From contig JBHGNT010000016.1 in NCBI GenBank assembly GCA_043228905.1, positions 16,120,001 to 16,184,000 on the forward strand: 64,000 nt of DNA. Reading direction: 5' to 3'. Position numbers and translations under genes: made by a program. Origin of the DNA: Azolla caroliniana (taxonomy: Eukaryota; Plantae; Polypodiophyta). Positions within the stretch are counted from its first letter, which is position 1. Every line of letters starts with the position of its first letter. Under the pieces are notes generated by a model, which did not search any database, was not told the origin of the DNA, and worked only from the letters and a program-made list of their open reading frames with translations. Positions 1 through 12,109 of the stretch are shown piece after piece.

Positions 1-432
1 TGCTATCTTGCTATATCTTTTTATTGTTGAAGGTCCCATGCTATCTCGAGGACCTTGTAGTCTTGTGCTATCATTTAGGACTCCATATATCTAGAGTTTT
101 GATGCCTTTTCTGCTATCATTGCTAATTCTGATTTTCAGGTTTGATCTATATGATTAAGGTATAAAATATAACTTATAAGTAATATTATATCGATGTGAT
201 TGACTCGTAATGGATTTCAATTTTTTTGATTGATAACATTTTAAAATCTCAGATTTAACAACTTTGCGAAAGATATCAAAGTTGGCCAAACAATGTTTTA
301 GGTCACTTCCAAAGTTGTTAAAAATGATTTAGATGTTATATTAATACAACCCCCATGCCCCCATGAACAAGTCTTGGGAGTCAAGCAAGCCATAAAAGTC
401 ACAGAGATAAAAATATAATATCAATAATAAAT

Positions 433-434
<2 letters not shown>

Positions 435-495
<61 letters not shown>
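435..495. repeat. (GA)n microsatellite upstream of the kinase gene
   Basis: About 60 bp of near-perfect GA repeat. Confidence 0.95.
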
Positions 496-742
496 GGGAC
501 ATCATTTTGGATCGCCATTGTCATTGTCAACATTTTTGAAGATGAAACATCACTGTCCGCAACTTTTACTGAAACATGTGGGTTATATATAGACCATTCA
601 TTACACATGTGTGTGATATATAGAAGAGGGTATGGTGATGGAGAGCTTGGCTACTAATAATAGTGAGGATTACCATGGCGACCTACTTCATGTCGTTTGT
701 AGGGCATCCTCCTCCTCCTCCTCCTTCTGCTGGTGCTGCATC

Positions 743-3700
743 ATGGCCACGTGCTTACTCATATTATTACCAACATCCATTCCTCACGTTGCTGCCTTGT
801 CTGAGGACTTCTCCTATAACCTCCCCTCCTCCAACGTGAACGGCAGCGTCTTCTCCTATTCCAATGATAACGTGTTCGACATCTTGCAAAACGATCCTGT
901 GACCAGTCTACTCTCCTGCAACAACGACTCTATTCTAGAAGCATTGAGTAGCCAGGAGAGGCTGTATGGTCGTTCAGCTGGCGTTTCCTCCTTCAACTCT
1001 GTCTTCTTCGAGCTCTACTTCGTCATCTCCGCGGATGAGATTTGCACAAGAAACAACGCCAGCACCCCATCCTACTATCTCTCCCTTCTCGCCTACAATG
1101 AATACAGTGCACAACAGGACTTGAACAGAGCAAAAGTCGTGTGGACGGCCAACGCCGGCAACCCTGTCGGCGAGAATGCCTGCCTCCACTTCAGTCCTAA
1201 TGATAGCAATCTACGGCTCGTGGATTACGACAGGAACGGGTTGGATAACGTGGTGTGGCAGACGAATACGTCCGGTCATATCAATGCATCCCTGATCATC
1301 ACCTATGAAGGAAACATGGTCCTCTTCACTACCGACTCTACTACACTCCAACAGCAGATACTGTGGCAATCTTATGACCATCCCACCGACACACTCATGG
1401 TCTTGCAAGCTCTTGGATCCGGGATGAATCTCACCACCTCCACCACGGAATCCGGAAATAGCAACAAAACGGCCACATTCACGCTCCTGATGGAGGAGGA
1501 TGGAGCCCTTGCACTCTATGCCAAGTTTCAATACAAATCCTTCAATAATTCTATTTCTAATAGTACTATAAATTATGGCATGTATAATTATTGGTCTCTG
1601 CCTCTTAGTGGTACACGAGAATCCAATGGCCCCTATAATTATGCAGCAGCAGCAGCAGCAGCAGCATTGTGCTGGTATCCGGAGAATCCAAGGAGTCTCC
1701 AATTGGATATTGTTCAACCAACAATCAACGGGTTAGTAAGAATTTGCAATCAATTCCCTCCAGCTAGAATCCCATTGATATATAGATTTCGACCTTTTTT
1801 TTATCAAAATTATACAGATCTGAAGGAATTTCAAAATACAACCAAATCTCGCCGCAGGCCTGCAGCAGGCGCGTTAGTGAATCACAGAATGTATCAATTA
1901 TGTTCGCGGATAAACAAGGGACCATCTTCAACATAACATATGCCACATTCCTCCGGCTGGAGAGTGATGGAGACCTTCAGGCGTACACACTCAGCGTTAC
2001 CGGAATTGATTCCAGTACCATTGCGGGTTGGAGAAACTTTTCTAGCCTCTTCGATGGCAGCTCCGTAAATCCATGCAAATCGCCTCTCTTCTGTGGATTC
2101 TATGGTGTATGTGACGAGCAGATGGGAAATTGCACACAGAATTGCGGTGGTTTGAATGAGTTAGAGCTTCAGGATTCCAACAACAATGCCAAATTAGGCT
2201 GCAAGTTCAAGGCGGGCGATGGCAGATGGGAACCATACCCTTCTTCTTGTGGCGATGGATCTAATCATAAGAAACCGAAGGCTTCAATCATGGCAGGGGC
2301 CAGCTACTTCTCCAATGCATTCCTCCCTCCCGACCACACTGGAATCAATGCTCAAGACTGCTGGGAAAATCACTGTCTGGACAACTGCACTTGCACGGCC
2401 GCATTCTGGGAGTCGGAACGGAATGGTTCTTGTTTCCTCATCCAGGGTCCCGTAGCCACCATCATATTTAATGCTTCTGCAACTAAGGATGAATTCATGG
2501 GATACTTGAAGTTCATGGAGGACCCAGATACTTCTTCACCTACTACTCCTTTCGAAATAGGAGTATCATTAGGTGTCTTTGTTCTTATCGCCATATTGGT
2601 GGGTGGATATATGCACAGGAGAAGAAAAATAAAAGCCAGACAACTGGAAGATTATGAGATCGAAAATGAGCTGCTCCGTCTCTCACTTCTGGGCTCGAAA
2701 TCCCAACGATTCACATGGAAGGAGATGCACGAATACACATGTGGTTTCTCGGACCCGCTTGGGGGTGGTGGTTTTGGCAATGTCTTCCGAGGAGCTATGG
2801 AGGATGGCACGCCAATAGCCGTGAAGCAACTGATCGATGGAAGTCAACAGGGCAATAAAGAGTTCATAGCCGAGGTCTCAATTCTGGGCCGGACTCACCA
2901 TCTTCAACTGGTTCGCTTGGTTGGCTTCTGCCTAGAAGGTGCCACCCACAAGCTACTCGTGTATGAATACATGGAAAACGGATCTTTGGATGCTTGGATC
3001 TTCAGTAAAACGCCCAAATTTACTCCAGAATCCCAGGATATTAAGGCCGATAAGCAGAGACCGATCTTGTCATGGGAGCACAGGTTCGGTATAGCCTTGG
3101 GTACTGCAAAAGGCTTGGCGTACTTGCACGAAGAGTGTGAGGACAGAATCATACACATGGATCTGAAGCCGCAGAACATACTCTTGGGAGTCGATTTCGT
3201 CCCAAAGATATCGGACTTCGGGATGTCCCGGAGGGTGGTACGGGACCAACAGAGTGCGGTGGTGACCATATTGAGGGGAACCCCAGGGTACTTGGCGCCT
3301 GAGTGGCTAACAGAGGGGGCCATCACCGAGAAATGTGATGTGTACAGCTACGGGATTGTGTTGCTGGAGATCGTGAGTGGGAGGAGAGTGAGAGATTGGA
3401 GGGCATTGAGGAAGAAGCTGGAGATGAGACCGAATCGTGGAGAGGGTGTGATGGAGCTGGTGGACGAGAGGCTCATGAACTATGGCATGGGTGCGAAGAT
3501 ATATGATGAGGAGCAAGCCATGAGGATGGTGGAGGTGGCTATGTTGTGTGTGCAAAGCAATCCGAGGAGGCGGCCCAACATGAATAGTGTGGTGCAGATG
3601 CTGGAAGGGAAGGTGGGGGTCATACCCCATGCCCCCATTGATGATTACGAGCAGATGGGCCTCTTTCCAAGTGAGAAGATCATGAGGAGGAGGAGGGATG

Positions 3701-3852
3701 GGCTAGAAGAGCTAGAGCTAGATGTAGACTCTTGGAAATCCGGAGGGAACTCGACAATGAGCAGTAAGTCAAGGAAATCGATTTTCAGTAGCAAGACATC
3801 ATTTAAATATATGGAAATCTTGAGGTCTGAGGAATACATGGACGCACTCTAG
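743..3852 (+). CDS. G-type lectin S-receptor-like Ser/Thr kinase (SD-2 type, non-RD), split over two frames by a probable intron or a frameshift
   Basis: Signal-peptide-like MATCLLILLPTSIPHVAA starts at ATG 743 (an in-frame upstream ATG is at 632). Bulb-lectin motifs VVWTANAGNPV and LWQSYDHPTDTL. FLRLESDGDL, EGF-like CKSPLFCGFYGVC, PAN CLDNCTCTAAFW, TM IGVSLGVFVLIAILVGG. Kinase motifs GGGGFGNV, AVKQL, HMDLKPQN, DFG, GTPGYLAPE. ORFs 632-1936 and 1900-3852 overlap in different frames. Confidence 0.9.
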
Positions 3853-4094
3853 TTCAATGACCATTTATATAAAAAGAACAAGAAGAAAACATGTGATTCA
3901 TTCTAATGAACTACTCAATGACACTCATGTGTAATAATAATTGTAAGAAGCTTGTTGCAATATTCATCCATCAAAACTCCTATCCTATTTGCACAACCCA
4001 AGAAACATTGAATTGAATCACCTTCCTCGTGTACAAAGCGTTTGCAATACATAGCTATTCTAACTATTTTTTGCCTTTCAAATTAAGTGTATCG

Positions 4095-4343
4095 AGCACT
4101 TTGAATATCAACTTGTTTGTGCCTTTCAATATAAGTATGTAGGGTGTACATCTTTGAGTTTTGAATGAATATCCAACAAAAAACAATGACATACAACAAA
4201 GACATGGAATACACTCTAGCACTTTGAATATCAACTTGTTTGTGCCTTTCAATATAAGTACGTAGGGTGTACATCTTTGAGTTCTGAATGAATATCCAAC
4301 AAAAAACAATGACATACAACAAAGACATGGAATACACTCTAGC
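4095..4343. repeat. Tandem duplication, 2 x ~123 bp
   Basis: AGCACTTTGAATATCAAC...CATGGAATACACTCTAGC starts at both 4095 and 4218 and is near-identical. Confidence 0.9.
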
Positions 4344-4457
4344 TCATTGATTATTTATAAAAAAAATAAGAAGAAAAACATGTCATTGTGATGGACTCAT
4401 GGTATTTCTCATGTGTAATAATAATTGTAAAGAGCTTGTTGCAATATTCTTCCATCA

Positions 4458-4600
4458 TGTTGAGAAGCAAGCTCAACATGGGCCAGATCAGCTGAATAAG
4501 CCGAGACTAGAATCGGATGAAGACCGATCGGCTAGGCGTGGATTGGATCGGAGAATCGAATCCGCAGAGAGCCAACAGGCCATTAGAGCCCTATGCTCCC
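4458..4600 (+). mobile_element. Truncated Copia-family LTR fragment
   Basis: Begins TGTTGAGAAGCAAGCTCAACA and shares GAATCGGATGAAGACCGATC with the reverse complement of the LTR ending at 13929. Confidence 0.6.
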
Positions 4601-4619
4601 AGTTTAGTAGGTAGTTATA

Positions 4620-7600
4620 GCACTAAGGCTTCCGTCCTCGGTTCGACTTGTATTGGCTGACAAACCCTACAACATATGTAAGATTAGGTCGGGTCACCAC
4701 CATTGTGTATATCATACTTCCTACAGCTGATGCGTAGGGTATATTTCCATTGAGCTCTTTCTCTATGCCGGTTGAAGGAGAGTCCATGTCTGTTAGTCGT
4801 GTTGACATTGGGAGCGGAACTGGTGTTCATTTCGCGTTTTCAATGTTAAACTGTTTTAGCACCTTTTTTATATAGCCGGATTGGGAGAGCCAGAGGGTCT
4901 TCACTGTCCAATTTTGATCTATCCACATGCTCAGTATGTGTCTAGCTTGTTTGAGTTTCTTCATTGAATATTTGTCGTGAAGGCTCCGCTTTAGCTTTCC
5001 AATTCGGCTCATCCGGTAATGAGCATGTCATTGTTACCGTACGAGATGTACGGGTGATTGATAACTGTGATAAGTGTGGGTGAAAGATGTAATGTGTTGA
5101 TATGTATGTGTAATGTTATAAGATTATGAGTGTGAATGTAAGTGTGAGTGTGGTGGATACAAAGAGGTGTGAGTGAGTGGCTAGGTGTGAATGCCCAAGG
5201 GGCTTGCACCCTTGTGTATCTACCCCTCTGTACCTATTTTATAGGGAATGAATGAATACAATGATCATTTCTCTCTAAATCTCTCTTATCATCTCTTTCT
5301 CTCTCTCTCTCTCTCTCTCCCCCTTAACGTTGAACACCCTTGGGAGGGGGGTGGAGCCATTCAAGGCACCACCCCCCACCCCTCGATGCTTGTCTATTTC
5401 TTCATGATATCTCTCACCATTATACTCTCCATCATTTTCACTATTACGCCATCTCAATCATTATCATCAACAATCATCATAATAATATATTAACCATAAC
5501 CCTAAAACGTACAACACCTTTTGGCGACCACTAAGGCGACCCCCTTTTGAAGATGAAGTTGAAGACTAATACGCGACAAAGACATGGCAATGACGAAATG
5601 TGCAAGAAATGGTGATGGTGGTTGAAAGCCGTCGAGGAATGCAACAGGGTGATGTTGTGCACAAGGAAGATGAAGAATGTTGCGTGGTGATGATGTGCAA
5701 GAAATGGAATTGACGACAATGTGTAACAAATGGTGACCATGATGTGCATAAGAAGTAAGAAATGGCAGATTGATTGTTGGAACGATTGTGCAGCGAAATA
5801 ACGAGGAATGGCAGCAACATGTGCGAGTGTACAAGAAATGGGAATGAAAATGCCAAATTCATTGTTGCACGATTTTGCTGCGAACTAAGGTCTTTTCGAG
5901 TGTGTTTTGTTGGTTTTTCTTCGGTCTGTTTGGTATAGATCTAATTGCAAAAGAGAAGAGAAAGCAACGAGAAGGATGGGGTCCAAAGAAAAAATGGAAA
6001 GGCGACTAGAATGAACAGAGATACGAGATAGAAAAGAAACAGACAAACGGCCGAAACGAACAACGACCAAGATGAGTGACGGCTAGATCGCGACCAAGAA
6101 GAGCTACGATGGAACGATGCACACAGAGCGAGAGAAGATGAACAAAGATGGGAGCAGCCGAATTGATTGCCAGAAAACCGGTCGGTATGGACTGGAACGA
6201 GCCGGATTAAGACAGCTCGATGGCTAGAACAACGATATCGATAGACAAGAGGCTTGAGAAGCGCCGACCGGAGAGCGACCAAAGAGTGGTCGTAGTGGCT
6301 GAACGGCGCCGGAACGGAGGCGGCCAGACCGGACGACGCCAAACAACGACGAAGATGGAGACGGCCGGACAACAGTTCGAGCGGTCAGATAGACTGGAGA
6401 GTGATCGGACAGGAGCAACCAGAGCAGTCAAAGTGGCCGGAGAGTGGTCGGAATGGCTGGACAACTGCTGAAGAGCAGCCGGACAACAGTCAGAGCGGTT
6501 GGAGTGGCCGGATAGTAGCCGAACAACAACCAGAGTAGCCGGACAAAGGAAAACAACAGTCGGACAAGTGGCCAAAACAAGAGCGGCCAGAGTAACAACC
6601 GACCAAAATGGCCAGAGATGAAGGCGACTGAATAGTGGCCGGACAGTGACTGCCGGAATGGAGTGTCGAACAGAGACGGGATCGCGAACTGAAACGGCCT
6701 CACAGACAGGGATAGAGATGGCGATGAGACCCGAAATGGAGAAGCAGAGAAGAGAACGGGAAAGGCAAAGCAGAACAAGAAATGAATTGGAAGAGAACGA
6801 TGAAGTAGAAACAAGAGAAAGAAGAAAAAAGAAGAGAAAATGAAGAGAAGAAAGCTAACGAATCGCAAGAAGGTGGCAAGAAGAGAAAGATGCAGACAAT
6901 GGCAAGAGAGAAACGTAAGAAGTAGGAAGAAGACAAACTGAAAAAAGAAGGAAAGGAAAAAGACCTAATGCAAATTAATAAATAAATAATAAAATAGGAA
7001 AAAGAGAGGGAAAAGGAGAACGATAAGGAGCATCTAAGGAATTTTAAAAATCAAAGGGCACCTACAGAATTTCGAAAACTCATTAACCTAAAAGAAATGA
7101 ATCGTGATCCACACACAACTCACAAGATACAAAAAAGAACACACATACATACAACGTTTTTTTTGATGACCCGAATGATGTCACCGAAGTTCGTGAACCG
7201 ACAGAACAAGTATGTTCGTGTCCATGAAGATTCGCGGATTGACAAAGATGTTCGAGTCAAGCGCTCTGATCGAGGGAGTTGATCATTGAGAGGACCAATG
7301 GAAGTTCCGGTTGAAGAAAGATTATGATCAAGGCATGTGGGATCAACATGCAAGGCACTCTCCCACGGGCGTGCCGTATTGTGTTACCGTACGAGATGTA
7401 CGGGTGATTGATAACTATGATAAGTGTGGGTGAAAGATGTAATGTGTTGATATGTATGTGTAATGTTATACAATTATGAATGTGAATGTAAGTGTGAGTG
7501 TGGTGGATACAAAGAGGTGTGAGTGAGTGGTTAGGTGTGAATGCCCAAGCGGCTTGCACCTTTATGTATCTACCCCTCTGTACCTATTTAACCCCTTATG

Positions 7601-7643
7601 GGGAATGAATGAATACAATGATCATTTCTCTCTAAATCTCTCT

Positions 7644-7686
<43 letters not shown>

Positions 7687-10600
7687 CCTTAACATTGAAC
7701 CCCCTTGGGAGGGGGGTGGAGCCATTCAAGGCACCACCCCCCACCCCTCAATGCTTGTCTTGTTCTTCATGATCTCTCTCACCATTATACTCTCCATCAT
7801 TTTCACTATTACGCCATGTCTATCATCATCATCAATAATCATCATAATAATACACTAACCGTAACCCTAAAACGTACAACAGTCATCGACATATAGGATT
7901 AGGTACATCTAGGACTCATCGGCCAATTGCCGAATATACATGTATGGGTTGGAGTATGACATGGTCTAGCCAAGTTGCTGGATGTAGGTATCGAATTTTC
8001 GAGACCACATTTGTGGCACTTGTTTTAGGCCATACACGCTTTTCTTTAGTTTGTATACGAGGTGATCTTGCTCCCCGATTGCCGTGAAGCTTGCTGATCT
8101 TCATCGAGATCTCCGTGTAGGAAGGTTATTTTGATGTCAAGATGCATTGGTTGTAGGTCTTACGTCGCCACAACCCCGAGAAGGAGACGAAGGGTCGTCA
8201 TCTCAAGTCCATGTTCCTGTTTGAAATCTTTAGCAACGAGTCGAGCTTTGTATTTTGGCTTTTCTAAATAAGATACATATTTGTATCTGAATATCCTCTT
8301 CCATGGTAGCGGCTTCCTTCCAACTGGTAATTTGGCCATCTCCCATGTTTGATTTTGATGAATCGAGTTCATCTCAGATTTCATGGCTTGTAGCCACATG
8401 TCAACATCTAACGCTACATCTTCCTAGTAAGAGTTTGGTTCGCCTATGTCCTTGTAATTGACGTAGTTGAGACCTGGTTGATCAAACTCTATGGAGTTCA
8501 TCTCAGATTTCATGGCTTGTAGCCATGTGTCAAGATCTAATGTGGCTATAGCTTCCTAGTAAGAGTTTGGTTCGCCTACATCCTTGTAATTGACGTAGTT
8601 GAGACCTGGTTGATCAAACTCTATCGACCTTTGAACTCGTCTGGATCTTCTGGGTGATGACTTGGTTGGTTCAAATCCTTTCGATCAGCACCATCGGCTG
8701 ATCATCATTATTGGAACCATGGTAATTAGGAGTCCTTTTGGATGACTTGCCCTACAATAGGATTTCAGAGATGTCGAATCATCCTCCCCTTCGTCGGGCG
8801 ATTGACAAAGGGATTTGTGCCTTAGCAAATTCGGCTCAGCCTATTGGCATCTTAGCTTGTTTGGGCAATTTAGTCATTTTGACTCAGTCTCTTTTGGTTA
8901 TTGTCATTCTCTTAGTCAAATCGAATTCGACTAGGGGACCTGTTGCAGATTCAGAGTCAACAAAGGGGTCACTGGCTTGGTTGTCGTCAACTATTCATTG
9001 AATTGTCAATTTGGTCCGGTGGGCCGGTCCTTCTACGACATTTTAGTCGATATTGAAGGACCTTCTTGCTCATTTTTGGCTGGATCGGGTTGGAGAGTTT
9101 TGAGTCCTCATTAAAGACTATGTCTCTCCTCTAGATCAATTTCTGGTTCTCCAGATCCCACTGTCGATAGCCAAAGTCCCCATTGGTTCCATAATCAAGA
9201 AATATACACTTATTAAGTGCATGTGGTGCCAACTTGGCTTGGTTTGTTTCTCCCTATGGATGAATATGTAAGCTTCACATCCAAATATACTGAGCCTATT
9301 GTAAGTCAGTTGTTTGCTTGACCATAGGGCATGTGGCACTTTGAGCCGTATTGCTCTCGACGGTGATAGATTGATCAAGTATACTGCAATTTGCAATGCT
9401 TTGGCTTGGAATTCCAGTTTTAGTTTGGAGTGCTAGAGCATTGCTGTCATTCTCTCTTGGATAGTTCGGTTGATTCGTTCCGCCACACCATTTTGCATGG
9501 GAGTATAGGAAACGGTCTATTGATGCCAAATCCCTTTGTCGGATAGGTACTGTTTCAAGGCTTGGGAGGTGTATTCAACTCTATTGCTAGACTACAATGT
9601 CTTTACTAGGTGTCTTGATCAGTTCTCTACTAAGGCTAACCATAGAGAGAAGACCTCGAGCACTTTGTCTTTTGACCTAATTGAGTAGGCCTAGAACTTT
9701 CGTGTACATTGCAATTCGGATATGCTCACGACACCTTCTGGAATGATCACCATCAATGGGTACAAGTTATGGTACTTGCATCCATCCCTATTTTCATATT
9801 TTCTTGGCTGATCATCCATGATGACTCATTGAGAGTCGTTCTGAACCCGTCTTCAGCTAGCATGCTGATGGAGACGTGACTGCTTTTAAGATCCATTACA
9901 TTCCAAACATGGTGCAGGACAATCGTGTTGCCATTTGGCAATTGAATTGGTACTTCACCGATTTCGGCGATTTTGCATTCCTGCTCTTGTCGGGTCGGAC
10001 AATGTCATCGGCTCTAGCTGAATAGTTCACAAACCATTCGATATTTGTGGTCATGTGAAATGTGGCACCAGAGTCTAGTAGCCATAGAGGAGGCGCTATA
10101 GAGGACTTCTCCAGTTGACAAATCTTACAGGGAGAGGATTTATCCCGACCAGGATTCGGCAAGATTGATTTGGTTACTCATTAGAGAATGGTTTGAATCA
10201 GATTGTCCTAAATTCCTCTCGCATCATCGTCCGCCCTCCTTTTTGTTTATCGACCAATAGTCTACAATGTTGTGGCCGACTCAACATCATTGATTTGGTT
10301 ACTTGTTAGAGAATGGTTTGAATCAAATTGTGCTAAATTCCTCTTGCATCGTCGTCCGCCCTCCTTTTTGCAATGTGTGCAGTAGGCATTTGACTTACCG
10401 TTTTGTGACTTCCACCGCTGTCGATTATCATTCCTCCTCCTTGGTTGACTAGGGCTTCAATTGGTTCTTCCAACAAGCTTGGTCGAGAAGTGAACTTCTG
10501 TGGAATCATCAATGATGAGACCCATCAATTTTTTCCGAATATCCTCTATGAGAAACTATGTGATTGTTTCGTCCACGGTCAGATTTGGGCCGTTATTGGC

Positions 10601-11030
10601 GAATCTTGTGTAAAATACCTTCCAACACCCATAGGCTCGAAAGGAGAGCAAGAGCTTTAACTTCAAAGTTAATCCCTTAGGAGGAGAGTTTGGACAACAA
10701 CTGGCTAAAGATGTTGATCTAGGAGGTCACTGGATCGATCTCTCTCATCTTCGTATTGAACAGTTGCTTGATCAGTATGAGTTTGGATGAGGAGTACTTC
10801 TTTTTGTAAACGCCTTGGAGCTTCTCCCACAACGCAAATGGTGACGTCTCTTTGGCCATGCTAAAGTAGCCATTCTCAAAAAAATGCATGCAAATGGTCG
10901 ACTTGGTTATTTCATCCAGGGAATGTCATTAGTTTGTTGTCATCGAGGCTGGCTCGTTGGTGTGTTGTATTGTGTCGATTCGATGTTGGATGATCAATAC
11001 ATCCTATGTCATCTCCTTTTATAGAGGAAA
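4620..11030 (-). mobile_element. Old degenerate Ty1/Copia internal region (gag, protease, integrase, RT), interrupted by the 5032-7881 insertion
   Basis: Fragments WLLDSGATFHMT (protease), AVYLINLSPS...FGCEAY (integrase), WLQAMKSEMNSI...YKARLVAK, LILYVDD|ML and PYASAVGSMIY (RT). Many stops and frameshifts. Internal duplications near 8365-8620 and 10165-10370. Confidence 0.85.
5032..7881 (+). mobile_element. Non-autonomous LTR retrotransposon (N1) with no recognisable pol
   Basis: LTRs 5032-5516 and 7382-7881 (TGTT...AACA). 5-bp TSD GTCAT at 5027-5031 and 7882-7886. PBS-like TGGCGACCAC at 5522. Purine-rich interior with TGTGCAAGAAATGG and CCGGACAACAG repeats. Confidence 0.92.
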
Positions 11031-11032
11031 GT

Positions 11033-11680
11033 CAAAGTGAAGTACAACACCGAAGGCTCCTTCAATCGGTACAAGGCCTGATTGGTGGCCTAGGGCTAAA
11101 TGCAACACGACATTGACTACAATGAAACATTCGTGCCGGTTGCCAAAATGACAATTTTTTCGGTGCTGCTGGCAATAACGGTAGCAAAGGGATGGCACCT
11201 ACACCAAATGGATGTGAAGAACGTGTTCCTTCAAGGAGAGCTTGTGGAATAGTATACATGGTGCAACCTACCGGTTTTTAGTTCGGATTCAGCACATCGG
11301 CTATCTACCAACTTAAGAAGTCCATGTATAGACTTAAGCAAGCCCTACATGCTTGGAACATGAAGATCATGCAATAGTTGTGACGGATGGGATTGCTCTG
11401 TCAAAGTTAGACTCTTCACTCTTCATCCGATAGGGTCGTCATGGGCTGGTAAGCGTTCTGTTTTATGTTGATGACTTGGTCATCATTGGCGTTGACCTAG
11501 AGGAAATCAGCCGCATCAGGTCCTAGCTTGCCACATCGTTCGAAATGAAGGATCTGGGGCCCCTTCATTACTTCATTGGGATCGAATTGATCCACACATC
11601 GGAAGACATCTAGTCATTCAACGACACTATGTATAGAGTATGCTCTTCAAGTTCAAAATGATGGACTACAAATCCGCTCA
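11033..11680 (+). mobile_element. Degenerate Copia RT fragment, same family as 19985-25590, opposite orientation
   Basis: Reads KVKYNTEGSFNRYKA*LVA, GWHLHQMDVKNVFLQGEL, VLFYVDDLVI and FEMKDLG with stops. Confidence 0.8.
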
Positions 11681-11689
11681 TATTGTGCC

Positions 11690-12065
11690 CTGAATGCAGT
11701 TATTAATGTGTTCCATATTAGCTTAATAGAATCAACTGGAGACCGTTTGTTTGCTTAAAATACCCTGGTACATCTTGCCGTCCATATGCACCATATGATA
11801 ATGGGTGCAAGCAACATCCATAGATCTCCAATTTTCTGCTTTTGTGCACTAACTATAGGTGCCCTATTATTAATGATCAATTGAATAGTTCCAACAAGCA
11901 TGTCCCCATTTGTGGGTAAATGAGCTAGAGGTATGGCATATCAATCGTATTGCCCTTCCCCATACAACCGTTGGCTCGTGACATTCCCATAGACAATGGC
12001 AAATGCTTTCTTGGTATACACATGCACTATGAAAAAGATAACGTGCAGAAGCGTTGTGCGAGTAC
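11690..12065 (-). mobile_element. L1-type LINE ORF2 C-terminal fragment (zf-RVT region)
   Basis: ESICHCLWECHEPTVVW followed by WMLLAPIIIWCIWTARCTRVF on the minus strand. Confidence 0.55.
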
Positions 12066-12109
12066 ACAATTGGTTATTCGGGAATACAATAGTTAGGTAA
12101 ACAGAGGGT

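Noticed and set aside
1-130. Repeated TGCTATC motifs as possible DNA-transposon subterminal repeats
   Set aside because: At the window edge, with no TIR or TSD visible.
5595-6660. Spaced short repeats in N1 resembling a CRISPR-like array
   Set aside because: Irregular, degenerate units in a plant TE, with no constant repeat/spacer length and no cas genes.
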